Source: Sphaerodactylus townsendi (lineage: Eukaryota). From it: 64,000 bases of DNA. Of this stretch, positions 25,878 to 37,388 are shown piece by piece. The stretch lies in assembly GCF_021028975.2 (NCBI RefSeq), contig NC_059439.1, forward strand, positions 23,002,001 through 23,066,000, written 5' to 3'. The first letter of the stretch is position 1; each line of letters begins with the position of its first letter. Position numbers and translations under genes: made by a program. A model generated the notes under the pieces. That model did not search any database. It worked only from the letters and a program-made list of their open reading frames with translations, and had not been told where the DNA came from.

Positions 25878-26386
25878 AATATGTTGATCAATCATAAAAC
25901 AAAAACCCCATTCAACTTAGAAATTTTGTTAGAACATGTTGCTTTCATTTTAAAATTCTCAGGAGTTTTACTCAAGCAAACATGCTTCCTAATAGTTCTC
26001 GGATGGTTTCTTAAGGATGTGTGAAAAATTGGACTTTTAGTTTGGCCGTAGCTTCAGAAGGACGTAGTTAACTCACAGAGACTTCAATCCCCAAACATCT
26101 TCTGATCCTAAATGTTTGCATCACTATTTTGACCCCATACCGGGGGGGGGGGGAGGGAACAGAATAGAAAGCAGAGAAGACAAAACCCCACCCTTATGTC
26201 TTGCTTCCCTGCCATAAACATAATAATCTTAAATCTGACCTGGTTGCCTTATTTCTTACAGGACTGGCATCTCTTCCAGACAAAATAAAAACGATTAAGT
26301 TACTAGATAATCCTGAGGTAGAAATATCTGAAGCTGTAGCAACATTCTTAATACGTGTTTTGCATGCTTTGTAATAATGTTCTTTC

Positions 26387-27190
26387 GTGGGCGGATGGGG
26401 AGAGCTTGCTCCTGGGCCAAAGATAACACACACACATACAATTGTGGAATAAAATTGGGCTGCAGCCCGTTTTATTGCAAATCAGAAGCTAGGGTGAGCA
26501 GAAGGGATCACATCAGAGCTGTGGGCTAGCACCTTTGCTGGCCCACAAAAAACCATCCCCAATCCCTATTGAGGCATGGGACAGGGAGTTAGTGGGTGCC
26601 ACCTGGGCGCAAGCCCTATTCGAGACACCCCCTTCCTGCTGGGGGTAGCAGGCTCGATTGCATAGCCTTCACGGCTTGTGCCATGAGACCCACCCCACCC
26701 CAAGCCTCTTACAGAGGCTCCCAACCGTGGAGAAATCCGGCTCGCAGGCTCGGTTTTCTCCCCAAAGGATGTGATTCCCTGTCCTAAACCTGCCAACGAG
26801 CTGACCTATCAGCTCCCACCCCCCTCAAGCCTCCTGCCAGCCCAGTAGTGCATGCCTCACTGCATGGAGCCACAGATCCATTCCCCAATCTGACAGATGA
26901 ACCCCGTCTGACTGAAAGAGGGCCAGCTGTAGGTGGGAGATGTCCGGATGCGTGATGACGTCCCCGCCAAGTTCCAGCACAACCCGGGAAGCTGCTTTCT
27001 CCACTTTGCCCCATGCCTGGTTAACTTTGCCCGGATGTTCAGCACCCCTTCACAACAGCAGCTGCAGCAGGCGACACCAGAAAAGTTTTGTCGTGGGCAG
27101 ACGATGATGCAACTCACGAAGGTCAGCGGCCATCCCTAAAGACAGCTCCACACTCTTCAGAGCCGGCAAATCATTTTTGCCCAAACCCAA
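26387..27190 (-). mobile_element. LTR-like solo repeat related to 19444-20124
   Basis: Minus strand reads aataaaacgggctgcagcccaattttattcca...tgtgttatctttgg. Confidence 0.5.
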
Positions 27191-27817
27191 CTTACAAATT
27201 TTTCTGGTACAGGAGATTCATCATAATTCATATAGATATAGCCATTTATAGCCATCGTTAACGTAGATATATAAATTATGTTACAATTACATTATACATG
27301 GTAGATATATGATGCCAATGAGAATACATCAGTAGCCTTAAGAACACAATGAAGCTATTTATTTAACCCTGAGGCAGAAATATCTGAAGCTGTAGAAACA
27401 TTCTTAATACGTGTTTTGCATGCTTTGTAATAACGTCCTTTTACTGTAACTTTATTTAGTTTTAACTGTTTCTGGTTTTTTTCTAATGCTTATTAAAGGT
27501 TTCTGAAATTTAATTGCAACCACATACAACGTTAGGAGTGGACAGTATATTCAAAAGAAAATGTTAGAAGAGCCTTATACATCAAACACTCAGAACAATA
27601 TTACCCAACATACAAATTTTTCTGGTACAGGAGATTTATCGTAATTCATATAGATATAACCATTTATAGCCATCGTTAACATAGATATATAAATTCTGTT
27701 ACAATTATATTATACATGGTGGAAATATGATGCCAATGAGAATACATCAGTAGCCATAAGAACACAATGCAGCTATTTACACTAGTATCAACTGGGTTCA
27801 GTTCAGTGGGAAGTTTA

Positions 27818-28817
27818 TCAAATCTTCAGGCAAAATCCAGACCATTTCTTTAACATTTTCTGCATGGCTACATGGATTTCTTTGTTTTTCAGGGGCTACT
27901 AAAACCAATAGTGGATTCAGGGACATTTGTGGCAAAATGGTTAATAGCCAATACAACGGCCCGTCAGGGTCTACCGATACTAGGCGACATGGAGTTTTGG
28001 GTCCCTCATATAACAAAACTATACCAGAAGTACTTAAGAGAGAGAAACAAGAGGAAAGCTACAGTAGTCAGGAGTGTGGGATGCAGGTTGGAAAAAGGGA
28101 AACTTTGACCTGGCCTTAGCTGATTTAATTTTTAGCACGTTTTGCAAGATGAACCCGTAAGAAGTTAATATACTGAAAAAGAAAAATGAGCAAACAACAA
28201 CTGTTTCAATAACAAGACCCACTACTATGGCAGTTGTATCAGTGCAAGAAATCATTAATAATTGGGGGATGTCACAAAAATATTGATCAATCTTAGAGCT
28301 GCAAAAATGTAACCTGAATGTGTTTGCAGTGTGCATGGCAGCATGGATCATGCTGCTGATCCAAGACGCTGCTGCCATTTTGATGCAAGTATTCCCGTTC
28401 ATCAACACCGTGTATTGTAGAGGATGACAAATTGCTACATAGCGGTCATAAGCCATCACAGTCAGAAAGGTCAGTTCAACATCTGCACCTGTCATCACTA
28501 GGAACACTTGCGCGACACATCCAGGGAAAGAAATCAGTTTGTTGTTTGTCCAGGAAATCGCCATGGATTTAGGGACAGTGGCAGAGATATAGCAAGCATC
28601 TGATAAAGAAAGATTGGCTAGGAAGAAATACATGGGATTGTGAAGGGACTGATTCTGGACTACAGTCAGCATCAGAAGGAAGTTCCCCACCAAGGCCGCT
28701 GAGTAAATGGAAAGGAATGTCACGAAGTGTAAAATCTGGAGCTCTGGGAGATCAGAAAATCCCAAGAGGGAGAAGGCTGTGACAGTTTGATTCCCCCTTC
28801 CTTCAGTGAGACGAACC
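27818..28817 (-). pseudogene. Olfactory receptor, family-14-like, copy 4; frame broken in TM6-TM7 (pseudogene or assembly error)
   Basis: Intact to KSAKARSK, then dense small insertions over ~27890-28110; homology resumes at KNKEI(H)VAMQKMLKK. Confidence 0.75.
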
Positions 28818-30242
28818 CTTGTAGAAAGAGAAGAAAACATATCATTGAGGAATAAAACTAATGGCTGGACTATGTCTGGGCTTTGGAACAAAAGCCTAGG
28901 GACATAGATACAAAGCAGGGTCTGTCACAATTGAAGCACATGTTCCCATCAGTACCATTGAGACCAGCATCTAAAAGTAACTGATGTTGTGGGTGGTGGA
29001 AAGTATCATCAACCTGTAACTGATTTAAGGGTTTTCAGGACAAGAGACTAGCAGGGGTGGTTTGCCATTACCTGCCATTGCAAAGCAACTTGGGACTTCC
29101 CTGTTGGTCTGTCATCTCAATTGGTATTTTTCTCCCTGTTAAGAGGCACCTTTGCATTACAGCAGAGTGCGCAGAGGCAAAACACAGCAGAGCTTACCCA
29201 GGAATGTTTGTGTGTGTGTGAAAAACAAAAGAAGCTAAGAGACAATTCATAGCTTCTGTCTAAGAAGAGGAGCCTTTATTAGTGAACTCCTTTCTCGATA
29301 GAACAGTGGAGAGACAGGTCCTCTATTCTAATGTAGTTAGCTAGATGATGAGGGACGCTGTCTGCATCTCTCCTCACACATAGTGCAAGATGGAGGAGTG
29401 TGTGCAACAATGGTGATGTGTGTGAAGGAAAAGCAGGAAGAAAGGAAGGAAGTTCCCTGACAGTAGCAATCTACACATCAGAGGGATAATGTTAGAGCAG
29501 TAGAGAAAGTGTTCTCAGTGTCTTGACCTTCTAGCTACCTGACTGACTGATCAGTCCCACCCCACCCCACCCCACTGAGACAGAAGACTTCCAATAATAG
29601 TGACCAGGGCCAACCCTGCTTTGTTTTAAGGTTATTATAGGATTTCCAACAAAACACACTTTCCTACGTCTGCTTTTCAGAATAATGCATGACAAGCCAT
29701 TATATAACTGTCTATCTGTTCAAAGAAGCTTAAAAATAAAGAATAATGTATGGCAATTGTACTGAGATTTTTATCCAACCATGATTCAATTTTTATTGTA
29801 CAGTGTGTGTTTTGGGAATGTGATCAATGGTCATTAAGGATATGTATAACCTGATAAAAGTAACCAAAAATTAGGTGTGGAAAATTTTCTTTCCCTATTG
29901 TTTTGGCTTCTGGAATTTAGATACATATTGGAAGTGCCTACCATAGGTTACAGCTGTTGATAGAATTAGCCTCTGTGATTGTATAGGGAAATCTGTATAC
30001 TATGGAGACAAGATTAGTAGCCAACATGTGGCTTAAAAACTTTTCTAATTGTGTTCCCCAGTATCTAATTTCAGGATTATTGGCACAGGAAGCTTTCTTT
30101 CCAGCTAACTGCCCTGTTCCTCTAATAAGTTTGGTGACTTTTGATTCCCTTCCCACCATTTTGAGATAATGATACCATTATTGAAACACAATAAAATTTC
30201 AGTAGCAATTATTTAAGTATCTTGATTATCTTATTTAAGTAC

Positions 30243-30274
30243 CTTGCATCCCTGGTGGATTCTGATTCAACCAT
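30243..30274 (-). CDS. Predicted upstream coding exon of OR copy 4 (MVESESTRDA-R)
   Basis: gcaATGG; GCA AG|GTACTT; phase 2 matches acceptor at 28818/28817. Confidence 0.68.
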
Positions 30275-32932
30275 TGCTCTGTGTTAAATACCAGAATGAT
30301 GATTTTTCTGCCCTTCTGCTTGAAATGCTGTTGTACAGTTACAAACAAAAGACTCAAACAATTGCAAGCCTTCAAGAAGCAATGTAAAATTTCTTGCTGC
30401 TTTTTCCTTTGAGATGCTGGGCTGTACCTGGAAGGAAGAAGAATAGGAGACCTCGAGGACTTTGATCTATGGTTCTCCTAATGTATTTAGCAAGTGCTCC
30501 CTGGAGTCTTTTGTATCCCAGCAGCCTAAATTAAAAATAACAAAGTAAAACTGTTTCCTGGTATACAGGCTTCTTGGGTCTTATGAAATTATGGAGGAGA
30601 CAATTAAGCAGGCTTTTGCTGTTGCTTGGTGAAGAACTGATGCATTCTGGGGGTTGAATCCAGCCTGCTGTTCTGCTGGCGAAAAATGGCAGGAGTTTTC
30701 TTTAGCTGGCAAAAAGACAGTGCTGTCAGTGGTAGTAAAAGTAACATTAGGCTGAGCAAGTGAATAAAAAAGTATGAATGCCCTTTGTAATGTTAGCTGT
30801 GCTCTTATGTCATTTTGGCATTGTGAAGAGCTACTCTATGTCATTTCCAGGTCTTCTCTGTTTTCTTTTTTCCTTTTGTGCCATCAAATCACAGCTGATT
30901 CATGGCAACCCTGGATGGCAACCCATCATTCTGGCAGGGGATGATGGGAACTGTAGTCCATAACATCTGGAAGGCCGCAAGTTTGACACCTATGCTGTAG
31001 GGTTTTCAAGATGAGATATGTTCAGAGGTGATTTGCTATTGTCTATCTCTGTGTCATGACTTTGGTGTTCCTTGGAGGTTGATCCTCCAAATACTAACTA
31101 GAGCTGACCCTGATTAGATTCTGAGATCTTATGAGATTAGACTACCTTGTTATATTTCAGGTATATTCAGGATCTTACATATTCTTACTTGTTTAATCCT
31201 TCTAGAAAAGAAGCATATAGGAAGGGTTGCCTTGTTTTTTTAATAGATAAAAAGCACTGCATCGTGGCTGAACCGTTATGAAATTGTATCCTCAGCCCAA
31301 GCTGGGAATCTAACTGCCCTGTAGACATGCTGCTGTGTGGCCCTCTTACCAATGATGCTGGGTAGTTTCTTCTCTGGACATAAAATTATATCAGTTTGTG
31401 GTTAACTTGCAGCATTATTTCTTTTGTAGCCATTTAATATTATCTCTTATCTGATGTTCCATGATTGCGGTTTGCCAATATATAAAACCATACATGGTCA
31501 CTGATGATAGGCAATTAATGTTTCTTGATAGTAATTGGGTCTTAGGTCAATATTTTCTTGCTGGATGCTCTTCTGATGTCCAAGTTAGATGGGGGGGCAT
31601 TTATTTTGTGGCATTTTCAATCAGCCAAACTCAGGTGGTATCATCAGGGCAGTCTCTGGATGATGCCCTGAAATCATGGTGCCGCTAGCTTTAAAAATGC
31701 ACTCCCTTCAGGCTGAAAAAAACACCAAAAATACGCCCCCCCCAAACCCAAATACTTTGCATTCACATTTGGTAATTTTGGGGCAGGACATAATCAGACA
31801 ATTTTTGTCTGAATGTGCCCAAATTTGTCCAGATTCCAGCCGAATCTGCTATTTGTTTCATCTGAATCTCCAACCCTCAAAAGTGATGCTGTTTCAGGGT
31901 GGGGGAGAATCCACCCCCAAACAGCATCACTTTCAATTTTGTTTTAACCGGGGACCCCAGATTCTCCCTTTAAGGTAGATTTAAAAGAAGAATCTGAGCT
32001 CCCTAGTTTAAACACCAATGAAAGTGGATTCCACTGGAGGTGTTTTGTGAGAGATGATGCTGACATTTGTTTGGTAAATGTTTTGCTGGGGGTGATTTGT
32101 GAGAGATTTACATGCTTAATACCCACTTGCACTAGCTTGGAATTGTTTCTCAGGCTAACAACCTACCTCACAGGGTCGTTGTGATTAGGAAATTAGGAAA
32201 AGAGTTGGTGGGTAGAGAGCCATGTATGTTTTGATGGGAGTGGGAGGTGATTTGTGAGCTGGTACAAAAAATCATTGTTTGGTCATGTTGGGGGAGGGTG
32301 GCCGCCCATACACCGGGCCGGGGAGGGGGGGGCGCCAAACTCAGGTTTTGTCCCCGGGCGCCAGTTTGCCTAGGTACGCCCCTGGATTCCCAGGAATAAT
32401 TTGGAAGGAACTGGATGTTTGAAGTGGGATGGAGGAATTGACAAACTTCTTTCTATGGAAATTATAAACAGGACCTGACCCAATGCATTTAAGCATTTCG
32501 ATGAAAGGCCAAGTTGTCTCTTCATATCAGCTTTACAAGATACCTTTTTAGAATTATAAGATTTTTTGCATAATCATCCATAGGATCAGACTGAACCTTG
32601 TGTCCAATTTCATCCTTTTGGCATGATTTAGCTTAATTTAATCAGCCTACTATTTTCAATCTTAGCTTGGTTCAGACCCATTCAGTTTTGGAATAAATTT
32701 CAAAGAGCATGAAGTCCAAAGAGAATATATAGAAAACATGAAGTCCAAAGAGAATATGATGTCCAAAGAGAATATATAGAAATCCAACAGAGTGCTTTGG
32801 TGCAGTCTTCTTAACATGTATCCAAAGGGGATTTGGTCCCTTAACTGCAGAAAGACATTAAATAATGTTTTCCTCAAATCATCAGCTATAGTTTATTTGC
32901 CACATCCAAGCTCCATTACCCAGGAGTCTGTG

Positions 32933-32971
32933 ATGAACTACAATGAAGCATCCAACATCACAGTCTTAAAG
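32933..32971 (+). CDS. Possible upstream coding exon of the 33404 OR (MNYNEASNITVLK, phase 0)
   Basis: AAG|GTAAGA donor at 32971/32972, in frame with acceptor tttctccgcag|ATG at 33403/33404. Confidence 0.45.
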
Positions 32972-33403
32972 GTAAGATATTTTGTGGAGTTATGTATAGT
33001 TTATAAATTTTAGCAATGATAGCGAGTTCTCCTGAACTCGTGACAGCAGAAATATTATGCTGAGTATGTATTAAAAAGATGATATAGTCCTCATTTCTGA
33101 AGACAGACCATTTCTTTCATCACTGAAATATTGCTTCTAAAGTAATGAGTAATGGGGAGTATCATAACATTGCCAGTTGTTACAGGAATGATTGTGGAAT
33201 GAATGTATATTAATACTTAGGGATGCCTCTGTTCTACCGTGTTCAAAAGTAATCTTACCCCTGCCCTCTAAATGAATTTTCAATCTCTTTTTGAATATGA
33301 ATGGGCTTATTTGGCAGCAGTTCCTTTAATGAGACCATCATCGCAGGTTTACTTTCTGATTTGTGACCACTAAGAAAAGTAAACCTTCCTCGTTTCTCCG
33401 CAG

Positions 33404-34351
33404 ATGCAACTGAATGCGAACGGACAATGGAGAAACCAAACGGTTGTCACCATATTCATCCTCCTGGGATTTGGAGACCTCCCGCAGCTTCAAATTCTTT
33501 TCTTTCTAGTGTTTCTGGTCATCTACCTGATGACCATGACTGAAAACATCCTCATTGTTTTGCTTATCATTGGCGATCATCGCCTTCACACTCCCATGTA
33601 CTTCTATCTAGGAAACTTGTCATTCATGGAGATCTGTTATGCATCTACTGTTATTCCTCGGATTTTGGCCAGCCTTCAGACTGGGGACAAAACCATTTCC
33701 GTAATTGGATGTCTGGCTCAGTTGTACAGCTTTGGCACCTTGGCGGCCACTGAATGTTATCTATTGGCCGTGATGTCATACGATCGATATATAGCAATAT
33801 GCAAACCACTTTATTATTCCGTTCTCATGAATGCCAGAATTTCCATCCAGCTAGCTATATATTGCTGGGGAAGTGGCCTCCTCGGCAGCACTGTTGTTAT
33901 TGCATTGATATCTAACTGGTCTTTTTGCAAAGCCAATGAAATTGACCATTTCTTCTGTGATTTCCCTCCGCTGAGAAAGCTCGCTTGCAGTGATACAAGT
34001 CTTGCAGAGATAGCACTAACGGTGGTTACTAGCATTATATCAGTATTCCCCACTACCTTAACTCTAACGTCTTACATTTGTATCATCAACGCTATCCTGA
34101 GAATCCCAACTAATACAGGGAAACAAAAGGCCTTTTCTACCTGCTCTTCCCATCTAATAATAGTGACTATATTTTATGGAAGTCTCTTTGCTGTGTACTT
34201 GGTTCCTTCTTCAACGAACTTGAACAAAATTGTCTCAGTCTTCTATTCTCTTCTGATACCATTATTCAATCCACTCATTTACACACTAAGAAATAAAGAA
34301 GTAAAGCGAGCCTTGGGAAGATATGTCGGTAAATTAGTCTTTTCTACGTGA
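33404..34351 (+). CDS. Olfactory receptor, OR6/OR11-like, 315 aa
   Basis: NQT, LHTPMYFYLGNLS, MSYDRYIAICKPLYY, HFFCD, KAFSTCSSHL, PLFNPLIYTLRNKEVK; splice acceptor directly before the ATG. Confidence 0.97.
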   Translation: MQLNANGQWRNQTVVTIFILLGFGDLPQLQILFFLVFLVIYLMTMTENILIVLLIIGDHRLHTPMYFYLGNLSFMEICYASTVIPRILASLQTGDKTISVIGCLAQLYSFGTLAATECYLLAVMSYDRYIAICKPLYYSVLMNARISIQLAIYCWGSGLLGSTVVIALISNWSFCKANEIDHFFCDFPPLRKLACSDTSLAEIALTVVTSIISVFPTTLTLTSYICIINAILRIPTNTGKQKAFSTCSSHLIIVTIFYGSLFAVYLVPSSTNLNKIVSVFYSLLIPLFNPLIYTLRNKEVKRALGRYVGKLVFST

Positions 34352-36039
34352 TTACATATGGGTGGAAAGTATTCATATGATGAAGACTATATTGTGCCCA
34401 TTTCTCTAATTATAAAAGGAGTGGGTACTGACAGTTCCTGAGTCTTCAAAAGCAAGACAGAAAAGTCATCTCCTGTAATTGTATTTAAAATTTCACATGG
34501 TAGGTAAAAATTTTGTTGCAAGCATCCTGCTTCCATTATGTGATAATTCTTCATCCTGATATTATGTTTATCTGTTTTGGAATAAGCACTGTACCTATTT
34601 TGTAAGATTTGCCCATCTGCATTGGCTAGTATTCTATACCTTCTTGGTCCATAAATGCAAGCTGAGTTTATATATGTACTTTTATATACTTAAAAAGCAG
34701 AACAATTCCACCACCACTATCACTCCAGTGCTCACAATTATTTTTTAGTATGTATGGGGTGGGTGGGGTGGTACATGGGATAATTACCTATGTATACCAG
34801 GATAGTCCTGGGTAAAATCTCTCAAATGAGCAGACAGTTGTATACATGAAATTAGTTTATTAAAGAATAAAAATAGTAAAACAAGAAATATATTTTATCA
34901 TACACACAGGAAACATACAAGAGCTGGCATTATACCCCTCTTCCTCCCAAGGACTGTTTTTTTCCTGAAACCTTGTCTTTCCAGGCCAAATCTGCAGGAC
35001 TTTCTCAACCTAGAGTTAGCAAAGCTAGGGTTTACAACAGCCTTTCTCCATTCTATAAACTACTGGGATAAAAGCTTAGATTTTTATATAGAATTCAGCC
35101 AGATAAAATTATCTGAAAGTCTGAAAGTCAAATATCTGTCAACCAGAACAAATCATCCTTGTTCATGATTTATAGAATTACCTCCCCGCCTTCCTGTATC
35201 ATGTCAGGTTGGGTGGATAATATTTTCTTTGTTGATCATCATTCACAGTGTCTCAATAATCCCCATATTGGAAGATGAGATGGATTATAACTGGTAGCAA
35301 TTAACAGGAAAAGAGATTCTGAGGTTCTGACAAAAGTTTTCTACAATTCTTAACATTTTTCAACATTAAAAATGGACACTAAAAATGGTGCAACCTATTT
35401 TCATGAACCTGAAGACCATAGTCCAAAAAGCCAAAACATTCCTGGCAGCACCACCTGCAGAACCAATTTTTCACCTCCACTATTCTTTTCCTTCCTGGGC
35501 CCTGACCTTCAACCGGGAGTAGAGATGAAATGACAACCTGTGCATCCAGATCCTTCAGCTTCCTTCCCAGAGCCTCAAAATCCCTTGTGATGTCTAAGGT
35601 TGCCTGTCAATAGACATTAACCAGACTCTGATATTGATAATGATAGTCTTTATTGAAGTTCTATGCAAAGCAATTACCCATACTATTTCTTAACCAGATC
35701 TGATGAACATGGGAAAGCCAAGGGAAGATATAGCTTGAACAACACCTGCCCTTCCCCCCTTGCAGCTGGGAAAGGCAGGGAGAGTCAGGATGTTTATGCC
35801 TAGCTAGGTGACACAGCATAGCTTCATTATCACTGGTTGCCCAGCACTGCTGTATTTAGGAATGTGAGGGCTGAGCAAGCATGAAGCCTGAGATCTTGGG
35901 AAGAAAAGCCAGGCACGGATTAGAGTCAAGCACCTGGGAACCTAAGTAATGTAATTCTGACCTGATCAGACTCTTGGGTCCCAAGCTCCCAACAGGCAGC
36001 AGCAATAAGTGGCCAGCAGCTGTAAAAGGAGCTGTAAAA

Positions 36040-36300
36040 GGAATTAGGTGAGAATGGGACTCTGACAGATCTTTCAAAGCTATGTCTTACAATGTCATTT
36101 GTTCTCGCATGGATCAAGAGGAAGGGAAATTTGTCAGTGGGTTTGACAAGTCTTGTTAGCCTCTCTGTGACATCACAGATATTTTCCCCCCCAGGGAGAC
36201 AGCACAACTCTCAAAACATCTTGTCAGGCCTTCAAATCACTGCTTCAGTTCCACCACACGTCTCCTCTGGGGTTTTGCAAGGGCCATTTCATGGACTGAA
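36040..36300 (-). mobile_element. CR1 LINE ORF1 fragment (SGNH esterase-like)
   Basis: CCLPGGENICDVTERLTRLVKPTDKFPFLLIHARTND. Confidence 0.75.
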
Positions 36301-36459
36301 CCTTCTGTGACTTCCACATTCTCCAAGGGGTGATTCTTTTTCTTGTGTGCCTGTTTCTTACCCTCACTGACAACAGAGAGAACTTTACATCAATTCTGTA
36401 GCTCCAAACTCCCAGAATGATAAAATTATATAATTGCGTGCAGATGGTGAGACCCTTCT

Positions 36460-37200
36460 CCGGCAAATAAAAACACTACAACGACAGGCTTGGAAAATGG
36501 ATTGGGCCGCAGCCCAATTTATTAATATATAATAATATAACTATTTACAGAGAAGCTGGGCAGCAAACGGGTCGCAACATCAAACGATCCCCAATCTCCA
36601 TTGCGGCCACCTGCAGGAAGCGGGAGCCCCAGGGGCGAATCCCCGGCTTCAACCCTTCCTGCTGTTGCTGAGGAGGCAGGCACCGGCTAAGCCTACTGGT
36701 CGCCTACCGGCCCGCCATCCTCCCCAAGCTTGCTGGGGTGTCAGGCACCGGCTAAGCCTACCGGCTGCCTACCGTCCCGACCCAACACCACTCCATGGGG
36801 TGTCGGGCACCGGCTAAGCCTACCAGCTTGCCACCAGCCCGCCACACACCCCGGCCCTTCCACAGGGCACAAGCATGGTAGAACCAGACGGGTGGCTCGG
36901 TTTCTCCCCAGATGTTGCGACTCCCGTTGCCAACCTGCCGGGCTGCGACAATTAAGCAAAACAACAATTTCTTATAACATAGGGAGGGTGGGCCACGCCA
37001 TTCCAAGTCTCGCCGCCAAGAAGGCCGAGCTCTGGGTGTGGCTTCCCTTTATACCCGGGCTCTTCCCGCCTTTTAAGGCTTAGAGCCAATCAATGCAACC
37101 CTCCTTGCAGCGTGCTGGCCAGCATTGCTTTGCAAGCAACCCTTTTTTGCCTCCTTTGCTCATCACAGCCACAATGGCTACCCCCGTGATTTGGTTGCTG
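36460..37200 (-). mobile_element. LTR-like solo repeat with internal ~63-bp tandem triplication
   Basis: Minus strand has gggtataaaggg and aataaattgggctgcggcccaat; ggcaccggctaagcctac occurs at 36679, 36744 and 36806. Confidence 0.5.
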
Positions 37201-37388
37201 CTATTTGTTTTTACGATACATGCCATTGAATAAATATAACTCTCTTGTTAACTTTGAAGATTTCTCTTACCCCCACCCTTCAATGAGTGATTTAAAAAAC
37301 AATAATTCACTTGAGAAGCAGAGGTTTGATTCCCGCCCCCTTCCCCCGAGGCTACAAAACTACACAAAGCATCTTGCGACATATCCAA

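Larger units (their letters stand above)
1..30730. repeat. Tandem segmental duplication, 4 units (approx. <1-7743, 7744-16972, 16973-24475, 24775-30730), one OR14-like gene per unit
   Basis: Non-coding blocks recur in the same order: 1-360 ~ 8470-8830 ~ 20290-20750; 1035-3100 ~ 9698-11670; 7100-7740 ~ 16403-16970 ~ 23830-24470 ~ 30070-30730. Confidence 0.93.

Noticed and set aside
36679-36823. CRISPR-like 18-bp repeat x3 with ~45-bp spacers
   Set aside because: Spacers are similar to each other (a tandem triplication inside a repeat element); vertebrate DNA with no cas genes.
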